Shown piece after piece: positions 26,622 through 34,250 of a stretch of 52,145 nt of DNA; within the stretch, counting starts at the first letter, position 1; each line of letters begins with the position of its first letter. Source of the stretch: Candidatus Methanophagales archaeon (lineage in GTDB: Archaea; Halobacteriota; Syntropharchaeia; Alkanophagales; Methanospirareceae). The stretch spans positions 1 to 52,145 of the forward strand of contig JAUWND010000001.1 of the NCBI GenBank assembly GCA_030612835.1. Direction: 5' to 3'. The notes beneath the pieces are model-generated. The model saw only the letters and a program-made list of their open reading frames with translations. It was not told where the DNA came from and ran no database searches. The translations under genes and the position numbers were made by a program.

Positions 26622-27605
26622 CTACATGAAGCTCTTTCTCAGAGTCTCCGCGGAATGAGGGCTCAAATATCTTGGCGGTATATCGAGCATGGTAAAAGCA
26701 CCCTTGTGCCCCTCTTTGCTCAGTCGAAATGCTGCTCTTGCACAAGCGACCAAAACATTGGCTGTAAACCCAGGGTTGCTCTCCAATTGACACCGGAATT
26801 CGAGTATTTGCTTATTGACCTCCCCGGTCACGCCAGAAGTAAGTACAAAGCCGCCGTGAGGCAGTTTAGAATGGTTTTCAACCATCTCTTCTTTGCTGAT
26901 GAACAATACTTCGGTATCATATTCATCATAATAATGTGGCATGGTAGTTATATCCCTTCTTATTCGCTCTATATCTGCCCCTTCTTCTGCAACAACATAA
27001 ACTAAGCGTTTATGCAGCTCTCTTTTGGTAAACTCCGGAGTTTCGCCGCTTCTTACACGCCGTACTGCTTGTTCTATCGGAATAGTGTACGCTCTGGCAT
27101 CTAGGACGCCCTCAACCTTCCTTGCTGCGTCAGAATGCCCCTGGCTAACACCTTCGCCCCAAAAGGTGTACTGCTTGCTTTGTGGTAGAAAAGCGTCACA
27201 TAGGACCCGCATTAGAGAGAAAATCCCGGGATCCCAGCCTGTAGAAATTACATGGACATGTCCATGATCTTTTGCAATTGAATCCATTCTCTGAAAATAG
27301 CTCGGGATATCCGCATGCGTATCAAAACTGTCAACCGTATTGAATCTCTTGGCAAACTTTGGACCCTGAACCGGAATGTCTTCCTTTGAGCCGCCGCAGA
27401 GAATCGCTATATCTACTTGAATATCCTCAGGTAGGGAGTATTCCTCACTATGAAATACCGGAACATCTTTTAGCTCTTTTCTTACTTGTTCAGGTCTTCT
27501 GGTTAAAACCGCTACTAACTCTGTATCGGCATTTAGTTTTGTTGCCTCTTCGACACCTCTGCCCACGTTCCCATAGCCAACCAGGGCAATATTTATCTTT
27601 TCCAT
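26622..27605 (-). CDS. ddh: meso-Diaminopimelate D-dehydrogenase
   Basis: It aligns end to end by eye with Corynebacterium-type Ddh. Matching blocks include INIALVGYGNVGRGV, DSFDTHADIP, ISTGWDPGIFS, FWGEGVSQGHSDAARK, RTMPHYYDEYDTEV, LPHGGFV and SNPGFTANVLVACARAA. The ATG at 27605 gives about 327 aa. Confidence 0.8.
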   Translation of the reverse strand: MEKINIALVGYGNVGRGVEEATKLNADTELVAVLTRRPEQVRKELKDVPVFHSEEYSLPEDIQVDIAILCGGSKEDIPVQGPKFAKRFNTVDSFDTHADIPSYFQRMDSIAKDHGHVHVISTGWDPGIFSLMRVLCDAFLPQSKQYTFWGEGVSQGHSDAARKVEGVLDARAYTIPIEQAVRRVRSGETPEFTKRELHKRLVYVVAEEGADIERIRRDITTMPHYYDEYDTEVLFISKEEMVENHSKLPHGGFVLTSGVTGEVNKQILEFRCQLESNPGFTANVLVACARAAFRLSKEGHKGAFTMLDIPPRYLSPHSAETLRKSFM

Positions 27606-27656
27606 GATTCTAGCCCGCCGTTTAGAACTTTCTAACATTGAAATAGGGACTTGAAC

Positions 27657-28460
27657 TCATAGTGTCAGCCCCTTCTCCTTCAGATAGTTCTTTATCTCTC
27701 CTACCGTATACGTCCCGTAATGGAAAATACTCGCTGCCAGGCATGCGTCCGCACCATTAACAAAACCATCATAGATATGCTCTACGGTTCCGACACCACC
27801 GGACGCAATTACTGGAATGTCCACAGCTTCAGCAATTGCTTTTGTAATGGGTATGTCATATCCGTCTGTCGTACCATCTCTATCCTTAGAAGTCAGCAAT
27901 ATCTCCGCAGCACCGAGTGCCTGCACCTCTTTTGCCCACTTTATCGCATCAATTCCGGTATACTCGCGCCCGCCGTAGATAACGACATCATACCAGGTGC
28001 TCCTTCCATCTTCTAATTGCACTTGCGTTTTGTCTTCAGCATCCTCTAACTTCCTCTTGCAGTCAATTGCAACTACGATACGATTTCCAAATTTATCGGC
28101 TGCTTCTTTTATTAGCTCTGGGTTCTTTACCGCTGCGGTATTCACACCCACCTTATCAGCGCCTGCATCAAAAACCTTTTCAAAATCCGCTATGCTCTTT
28201 ATCCCGCCACCTACGCATAAAGGAATGGATACTTGCGCGGCTATCTGCTCTACCATTGAGATCATTGTATCCCTTCTATCGACGGACGCGGAAATATCGA
28301 GAAAAACGAGCTCATCCGCACCCTGCGCATCGTATCGCTTTGCTAATTCAACCGGGTCGCCGGCATATTTGAGATTCTCAAATTCTATGCCCTTTACTAC
28401 AACGGCCTTACCCTGCTCATCGAATGTTGTATCAAGGCAGGGGATTATTCGTTTTGTCAT
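27657..28460 (-). CDS. hisF: Imidazole glycerol phosphate synthase, cyclase subunit
   Basis: [56 protein letters not shown] and VIASGGVG. Confidence 0.9.
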   Translation of the reverse strand: MTKRIIPCLDTTFDEQGKAVVVKGIEFENLKYAGDPVELAKRYDAQGADELVFLDISASVDRRDTMISMVEQIAAQVSIPLCVGGGIKSIADFEKVFDAGADKVGVNTAAVKNPELIKEAADKFGNRIVVAIDCKRKLEDAEDKTQVQLEDGRSTWYDVVIYGGREYTGIDAIKWAKEVQALGAAEILLTSKDRDGTTDGYDIPITKAIAEAVDIPVIASGGVGTVEHIYDGFVNGADACLAASIFHYGTYTVGEIKNYLKEKGLTL

Positions 28461-28697
28461 TTATGTCCTCCTATTTTGGTCGGTAATTTCATTTTTGTAT
28501 TTACATTAAAATAATTTTGATATTAGATATTGTTTGAGATTTGGATTTTGGGATTTTGGAAATTCTGGTAAAAAGCAAAAATCTTTTTTGTCCGCAGAAT
28601 GAGTGGTTGCAACGTTTGATGTAATGTATCACTCCACATCTGCAAAAAATTACTATCTTTTATATTTACTATCCCTATATATTATAAACAGAAAAAA

Positions 28698-29140
28698 ATG
28701 GATGGTGAAACATACAATAAAATAATCGCGGCTATACAGAACATAGGCGAAACAGGCGCAACTATCGAGGAGATCTCAAGAATTGTGCATTTAGACCGAC
28801 ATGCACTCTCCAAACAATAAAATTCTCGAAAAAATCCGATAACGTGGTCGTTCAAATCGAGCGAGTGGGCGAAAATGTTCTGTTTTCTGTAACAGATTAC
28901 GGTATTGGGATTTCAAAGGATGACATAGAGAAATTGTTCAAACCATTCTCACAAATTGACCCCTCTTTTCGGAGGGAACCTGGAGGAACCGGCTTAGGAT
29001 TAGCTATCGCAAAGGGGCTCATACAAGCGCACAAGGGTAAGATATGGGTAGAAAGTGAGCTAGGTAAAGGTTCAACATTCTTCTTCTCTATACCAATAGA
29101 GCAGGAGATTACCGAAAAAGAAGCACCTTATTTCGGCTAA
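28698..29140 (+). pseudogene. Remnants of a sensor histidine kinase: a 40-aa wHTH-like N-terminal stub followed in another frame by the C-terminal half of an HATPase_c domain
   Basis: [40 protein letters not shown] stops at 28820. Then [44 protein letters not shown]...[38 protein letters not shown] follows. There is no HisKA/H-box. Confidence 0.6.
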
Positions 29141-29495
29141 ATGCCAAATGCCTGGACTAACCCCTAAGGCAATATTTTTTCCCTGTCATTATATCAAATG
29201 ACAAAAAATGAGCACTTTCTCTTTGCTTAGCGCAGAGTCCAGCGCGTCTTAGAAAAAACGTTTTTTTCTACACCGACACTAAGAGCGCTGGGAGGGAGAG
29301 CTCGGTATTAACATAGCAGTTCGACATGGCGAATGTGGCGAAGAATGAGGAGCGGCGATATACGAGGACGAAGCGGTTTTGGGTTTGAGGAAGTACGTTT
29401 ACGAGATAGTATTTGTTTAGCTAACAGCAAGATTAACAGATGCCATTAGCTATACAAATACGGGACTTGTTCCTCTGTTATACAGCTACTATTGC

Positions 29496-29753
29496 TCATA
29501 CATCCTTTAATTTCGACTTCAAATCTTTGCCCCGCACTGTAAGTCCATAGACCGTTCCTCTAGAAGGGTCATCAATTTCTTCTATGAAGTCTCCATCTAT
29601 CAGGAAGCCAAAATGTCGCTGAAAGTTTCTCCAATCCAAATACGCCTTTTTCATGATGCGGGTCTTTTTTGCCCTATTTTCCGCTATCGCAATCACCTCT
29701 AAAATATCCAGGATGATATCCCATCTACTCCTCGGCTTTATTTCACTTCTCAT
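29496..29753 (-). CDS. Small winged-helix DNA-binding protein (COG3432-like)
   Basis: 85 aa. RSRWDIILDILEVI...KTRIMKKAYLDWRNFQRHFGFLIDGDFIEE...YGLTVRGKDL is a wHTH pattern. Confidence 0.5.
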   Translation of the reverse strand: MRSEIKPRSRWDIILDILEVIAIAENRAKKTRIMKKAYLDWRNFQRHFGFLIDGDFIEEIDDPSRGTVYGLTVRGKDLKSKLKDV

Positions 29754-30078
29754 TTTTTCATATCATCTCCTATTTTTTGGGGTATGTTTAACGTGCCCTT
29801 CCTCAGTGCTATCCCTTTGGTGTTCATCCCCTTTGTGGATACGCACCACGAGCCACCCACCCACTCTCGCCACATCTATTGTTTCTTTATATGGTAACTA
29901 TAAATTGTTACCATATAAAGTTTTCGGCATTATCCGATTTGTTATCCTGTTGGGTAACTGAAGTCATCCGCAAGATCGCTTATCCCGAAATCGATAAGAA
30001 ACCAGAGACGGAGTTAGCAGATGCGAAATACGATAGCAAGATAAATCCGCTGGATTTTATATCGAGTATAAAAACATT

Positions 30079-30094
30079 TATATATATATATATA
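30079..30094 (+). promoter_or_regulatory. (TA)8 microsatellite acting as the TATA region of the radical SAM gene
   Basis: TATATATATATATATA ends 24 nt upstream of the ATG at 30119. Confidence 0.45.
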
Positions 30095-30118
30095 CATGAA
30101 TGTCGAGAATGAGATAAC

Positions 30119-31072
30119 ATGAACGGATTCGAGAATTGCAAATTGTGCGAATGGAAATGCGGAATTAACAGATATAATGAAGTGGGCGTATGCAACGTAA
30201 AACTGCCTGAGATTGCATATACCTGCCTAGCGCAATCGCTTAAAAGTTACTCAATAACTCTCCTCGGCTGCAATTTTAGATGTCTCTACTGCAACGCTTA
30301 CAGATTATCGCAATATCCGGATACCAATTGGTTCTATCGCGGTTACGTTGCGCCAAAAGAACTGGCAAAAGAAGCGGTAGATAAATTAAGAGCAGCAGGA
30401 CTCGAAAAGCTGGGTTTTACCGGTGGCGAACCGACAATACATCTTCCTTATATCGAAGAAGTAGTAATAGAGGCAAAGAAATTGATGCCCGAACTAAAAA
30501 TAGCATTTACAACAAATGGATTTGCAACCGAAGCGAGTATGAAACGGATAGTCAACATTTGTTCTTACATTGCACTTGAGATAAATGCATTTAATGATGA
30601 TATGCATCTGGCTTTAAGCGGCGCTCCTGTTGAGCCTGTCTTAAGAAATGCGAAATACCTTATCCAAAACAAAGCAAAAATAAGGGCTCTTAAAACCGTT
30701 GTGGTGCCAGGGATAAATGATAATGAGATAGAAGAAATAGCAAAATTTATTGCTTCTTTCGATACCTCAATACCGTATCACTTAATAGGATTTAGGCCGA
30801 GTTTTATGTTGTATTATCATCCGGGACCTACAAGGAAAGAACTGGCGGAGATAGGAAGAAGATGTAAAAGACATTTGGAAAACGTCACGTGGGGCGGTGA
30901 ATCCCCAAAAGGAGTGCAATTCAATGATTACGGGGCCGCACTTGCATTGAAATATGCTGAGTTAGCCGGGTGTGTGAGCAAAGACAGGAATTGTGGACGT
31001 TGTAGCATGAACAAAAACTGTCCTGCAATTTTAAAAGAGCCGTGGTTGAATAAGCAGGAGCGGGATGTATAA
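30119..31072 (+). CDS. Radical SAM protein (PflA/activase-like, with N- and C-terminal extra Cys clusters)
   Basis: The CX3CX2C motif is GCNFRCLYCNA. The N-terminus has CKLCEWKCGINRYNEVGVC, followed by GFTGGEPT, and the C-terminus has CGRCSMNKNC. Confidence 0.8.
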   Translation: MNGFENCKLCEWKCGINRYNEVGVCNVKLPEIAYTCLAQSLKSYSITLLGCNFRCLYCNAYRLSQYPDTNWFYRGYVAPKELAKEAVDKLRAAGLEKLGFTGGEPTIHLPYIEEVVIEAKKLMPELKIAFTTNGFATEASMKRIVNICSYIALEINAFNDDMHLALSGAPVEPVLRNAKYLIQNKAKIRALKTVVVPGINDNEIEEIAKFIASFDTSIPYHLIGFRPSFMLYYHPGPTRKELAEIGRRCKRHLENVTWGGESPKGVQFNDYGAALALKYAELAGCVSKDRNCGRCSMNKNCPAILKEPWLNKQERDV

Positions 31073-31106
31073 ATGAAAATGTGAAAACTAAAAAGAGGCA
31101 CTATAA

Positions 31107-32060
31107 ATGTTCTATTACCTTACTTTGTATGCCCGACTTATGATCTTCATGTTCTTGGGCATATTCATTGCAAATGTAGCTATGGAGTTGGGCTTACTGC
31201 GATATATCAGCAAGCCCCTGGAACCTTTGACGAAAGCGGCTAAACTGCCCCATGACGCCGCGATAATACCTGCCATCTTCCTCTTCAATGCAACAGCCGC
31301 ACATGCAACGTTAGCATCTTTATTAAATAATAAGCAGGTGAATGAGAAAGAAGCGATCACCGCTGTGCTCATATCCTCTGCTACAATGCGAATGAGAATC
31401 CTACTCCAGTATTACTTACCCATAGCAGTGCCTGCACTTGGCTTCACGCTCGCCGCGAAGTATATCGCATTCTCTTTTATCGGAGCTATTGTAACCATGA
31501 CGATAGGATTTTGTTATGGTAGACTGAGCATCAACCACGTGGAACAAGTAAATGGAGGCTTTGAAGATAAATCATCAACGGGAGAAGAGATAAAAAAATC
31601 AAAGAAAGAAGCAATAAAGAAATCCTTTGCCGATGCTCTAAATCTCATGAAAAAAATATCGCTGAGGCTGGGGATAACACTTATCGTGTTAATGTTATTG
31701 ATGCATTTTGGTGCCTTTGAAGCGTTAGGCGAACATATCGCTCCTGCTTTACATCCTGTTGGTCTTTCTCCTCAATCGATTATTGTGATCTCTACCCAGA
31801 TTGCAAGCCCTACGGCAGGTATGGTTATGGCAGGAGAGATGTTCCGAAACGATTTATTTACTTCTAAGGAGGTCTTGCTCACTCTATTCATTGGCTTGCT
31901 CCTTTTCGTTTCGATAATGGATTTCCCGAAGAACGTTTTCCCTATTTTTACTTCTATCTATGGCATCAAGTTCGCCACGAAATTGGCTTCTATCGAACTC
32001 GCCGTGTTCATAGGCACAACGGTATTCATAATAACTACAATCTATTTTGTAATAGCATAA
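31107..32060 (+). CDS. Polytopic membrane protein, nucleoside-recognition (Gate)-domain-like
   Basis: 317 aa in two hydrophobic halves separated by a charged loop (EDKSSTGEEIKKSKKEAIKK). The family assignment is from memory of similar radical-SAM-adjacent genes. Confidence 0.45.
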   Translation: MFYYLTLYARLMIFMFLGIFIANVAMELGLLRYISKPLEPLTKAAKLPHDAAIIPAIFLFNATAAHATLASLLNNKQVNEKEAITAVLISSATMRMRILLQYYLPIAVPALGFTLAAKYIAFSFIGAIVTMTIGFCYGRLSINHVEQVNGGFEDKSSTGEEIKKSKKEAIKKSFADALNLMKKISLRLGITLIVLMLLMHFGAFEALGEHIAPALHPVGLSPQSIIVISTQIASPTAGMVMAGEMFRNDLFTSKEVLLTLFIGLLLFVSIMDFPKNVFPIFTSIYGIKFATKLASIELAVFIGTTVFIITTIYFVIA

Positions 32061-32169
32061 CTTGACAATGTCAGATTAACCGCAGAGTTCACAGAGAGCG
32101 CAGAGGATATAGGGTAGCTATGTCCTTTTATCTCCTTCACAACCAGAACCAATTTTATTACCCCTTGAT

Positions 32170-32976
32170 ATGTTGGTAAAAAGTTACCAATACATAACGT
32201 TTGGAAATAACAATCTGCACATGAAATTTTCTCTGCGTTTATTTTTCGATTTTAATGATTGTCGTGAGTTTTAGATAGCGATTTCTTTTATACTGTCTTA
32301 TTTTCTCAACTTCATCGGACTTTTTTTCTTTGTTTTGAGAATAGACTTATTATATCTGATAGTTTGAAGAATAAAAGAAATAGAAAAGCTTTTTTCGCCG
32401 AAGTATCGCGGGAAGGTATTGGAAGGTGAAGTAGCGGAAGCGGCGGAAGAAATTATCAGGGAAAGCTGTAAAGAGCTGGATATTGAAATTATAGACATGG
32501 CTATGAATGTGGATCACGTTCACTTGTTTATCAAATATCCCCCAAAATATTCCGTTAGCTGGATAGCGAAGCGGATAAAGGGGAGAAGCAGTAAGCAAAC
32601 CCTTTTAGAAAAAGCGTTTACGGAAAAACGCTTCGCAGTGAGGGATCAATTTCCACAGCTTAAGGAGTGGTGCCCTGATCACTTGTGGGCACCATCGTGC
32701 TACCATGGGTCAGTGGGGCATGGCTGGGAAGTGGTGGAGAAGTATATATCGGGGCAGAAGGGTTACGAGAAGACAGATACTGTTCCGGTGATAGATGAAG
32801 AAATGGCAAAAACACACAAAACCTGGTACAATACGCTTTATAACAAACTTTTTGGAGAGAGGCATCAAAAATAAAAAAAATCGAAAAGCTTTTATATAGC
32901 TATGACATACCTATGATAATAGCGTAGTTTAAGTCATCGGCGGTCGTGCTTAAGTACAGGCCTTGTACTTAAGTAC
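32170..32976 (+). mobile_element. IS200/IS605-family element (tnpA only), probably degenerate; boundaries approximate
   Basis: A Y1 transposase ORF is flanked by hairpins TTGGTAA-AAAG-TTACCAA (32174-32191) and CTTAAGTACA-GGCCT-TGTACTTAAG (32949-32973). The AAAAGCTTTT palindrome occurs on both sides of the ORF (32389-32398 and 32884-32893). Confidence 0.5.
32419..32874 (+). CDS. tnpA: IS200-type Y1 (HUH) transposase TnpA, N-terminally eroded with an internal insertion
   Basis: The upstream in-frame sequence reads ...PKYRGKVLEGEVAE, then ELDIEIIDMAMNVDHVHLFIKYPPKYSVS (HUH), FPQLKEW..HLWAPSCYHGSVG and VEKYI (the catalytic Tyr region). Stop codons lie just upstream of PKYR. Confidence 0.7.
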   Translation: MEGEVAEAAEEIIRESCKELDIEIIDMAMNVDHVHLFIKYPPKYSVSWIAKRIKGRSSKQTLLEKAFTEKRFAVRDQFPQLKEWCPDHLWAPSCYHGSVGHGWEVVEKYISGQKGYEKTDTVPVIDEEMAKTHKTWYNTLYNKLFGERHQK

Positions 32977-33050
32977 GGGGTATGTGACTTCGTAGTGATG
33001 AAGAAAAAAAACGAAAAAGGTTTTTATTCTCAGAGACATATAATAAAGAT

Positions 33051-33863
33051 ATGACACTAGTCCAGGCGTCAATCGCTAATAAAAGTGAAACAGTTATTAT
33101 AATTGCGGATAGATTATTAACTAGGTCATTTGGAGAAAACTTTCCAAGTTATGAATTTGAAGGGAACTCTCCGAAAATTATTTCAAGAGGTAATGTTGGG
33201 ATCGGTTTTGCTGGGTCGGCATTGTACGCTGATATGGCTACTTCGGAACTTCCGTCCACTATTTCTGATTTTGATGAAATCGTGAATGCAATCTCAAGAT
33301 TCGTTAAAGATACAAGGGACTCAACAGTTAAAGATGAAGTCACTAGAGTTACAGGAATCCAATCGGATGATTTTTTTTCAAACTCTCAAATTGTTCCAGA
33401 ACAAGTTAGGGATTACACATATGGTTGGCTCATGCAATTTCGGTTAGATTTCGAATGCATCGTTGCTGGTTTCGACAAGGATAAAAATGCAAAAATAGTT
33501 TATATAACAGAAGAGGGAAGTACAATATCCGCAACTAATTTTGGAGTTGGTTCAATAGGTTCAGGTTCGCCTTTTTCACAGATATACTTTGATCAATATA
33601 ACTACGACCTTTCAATACCTGAAATCGAAAGTTTGTTTTTTGCATATAAAGCAAAAAAATGGGCTGAAGCTCCAACTGGTGTGGGATTAAAAACAGATAT
33701 TTTGATATTGAGAAAAGACAATACATCGGTAAAAATTAGGGATGAAGATGTATTAATGAGAGAAATCGGAGATGCCTACAGCAAAGAAAAAGAAAAAAAA
33801 TCTGAGATTAGAGAGAGTTTATTAATAAAGTTAATAAAAAATAGTTCGGGGGTGTTAAGATGA
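33051..33863 (+). CDS. Orphan proteasome-beta/HslV-like Ntn (Thr) hydrolase with C-terminal helical tail
   Basis: It begins MT-LVQASIANKSETVIIIADRLLT, which compares with HslV MTTIVSVRRNGHVVIAGD. A Lys33-like residue sits in SPKIISRGNVGIGFAGSALYAD, and a GSGS block (VGSIGSGSPFSQIYF) sits where beta subunits carry GSGS. The gene is visibly AT-rich. Confidence 0.55.
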   Translation: MTLVQASIANKSETVIIIADRLLTRSFGENFPSYEFEGNSPKIISRGNVGIGFAGSALYADMATSELPSTISDFDEIVNAISRFVKDTRDSTVKDEVTRVTGIQSDDFFSNSQIVPEQVRDYTYGWLMQFRLDFECIVAGFDKDKNAKIVYITEEGSTISATNFGVGSIGSGSPFSQIYFDQYNYDLSIPEIESLFFAYKAKKWAEAPTGVGLKTDILILRKDNTSVKIRDEDVLMREIGDAYSKEKEKKSEIRESLLIKLIKNSSGVLR

Positions 33864-33988
33864 AACCTACAATATTGACGCCCGAATGGGAAAAGAAAAA
33901 GAAGAAGACGGCAGAAGAATTAATGAGAAAGGGAGAGTTATTTTTCGATTTACAAAAACAGAAACGCGAATTTAAAAAAGTTGTATAA
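33860..33988 (+). CDS. 42-aa highly charged micro-ORF translationally coupled (ATGA overlap) to the Ntn-hydrolase gene
   Basis: MKPTILTPEWEKKKKKTAEELMRKGELFFDLQKQKREFKKVV. Its ATG at 33860 overlaps the TGA at 33861-33863. Confidence 0.35.
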   Translation: MKPTILTPEWEKKKKKTAEELMRKGELFFDLQKQKREFKKVV

Positions 33989-34172
33989 ATTATCAACGCT
34001 GAGATAAGCCATGGAGAGACGATGTAGCAACAAGGATGCCACGGACTTCAGTCCGTGGTGGCTAGGATGGGGCTAAATTTGTACATAAAGTATAACTCCT
34101 GAAGGCAAGTTTAGAAATGATTTGAGTAAGTGTATGTTTTCCCTCATGATTTTTACCAACGGCAAAAAGTTT

Positions 34173-34195
34173 GTGAAAATCTACGCAATCTTGGG
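34173..34195 (-). repeat. R1 repeat copy upstream of cobN
   Basis: GTGAAAATCTACGCAATCTTGGGG compares with GTGAAAATCTGTGTAATCTTGTGG at 49168-49191. Confidence 0.65.
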
Positions 34196-34250
34196 GATAT
34201 AAATAATATTTTTATATCACAAGTTATAATAATAGAGTAGGGAGATATAA

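Noticed and set aside
26551-26793. 80-aa minus-strand ORF bridging the ddh 3' end and the REC-PAS start.
   Set aside because: It overlaps ddh in another frame, has no motifs, and would leave no room for the REC-PAS promoter. It is considered spurious.
34000-34250. Possible cobalamin riboswitch or other leader RNA upstream of cobN.
   Set aside because: I could not find a B12-box-like core or the multi-stem architecture. The only strong structure is a simple 9-bp hairpin (34039-34058), and the rest is AT-rich promoter-like DNA with an R1 copy.
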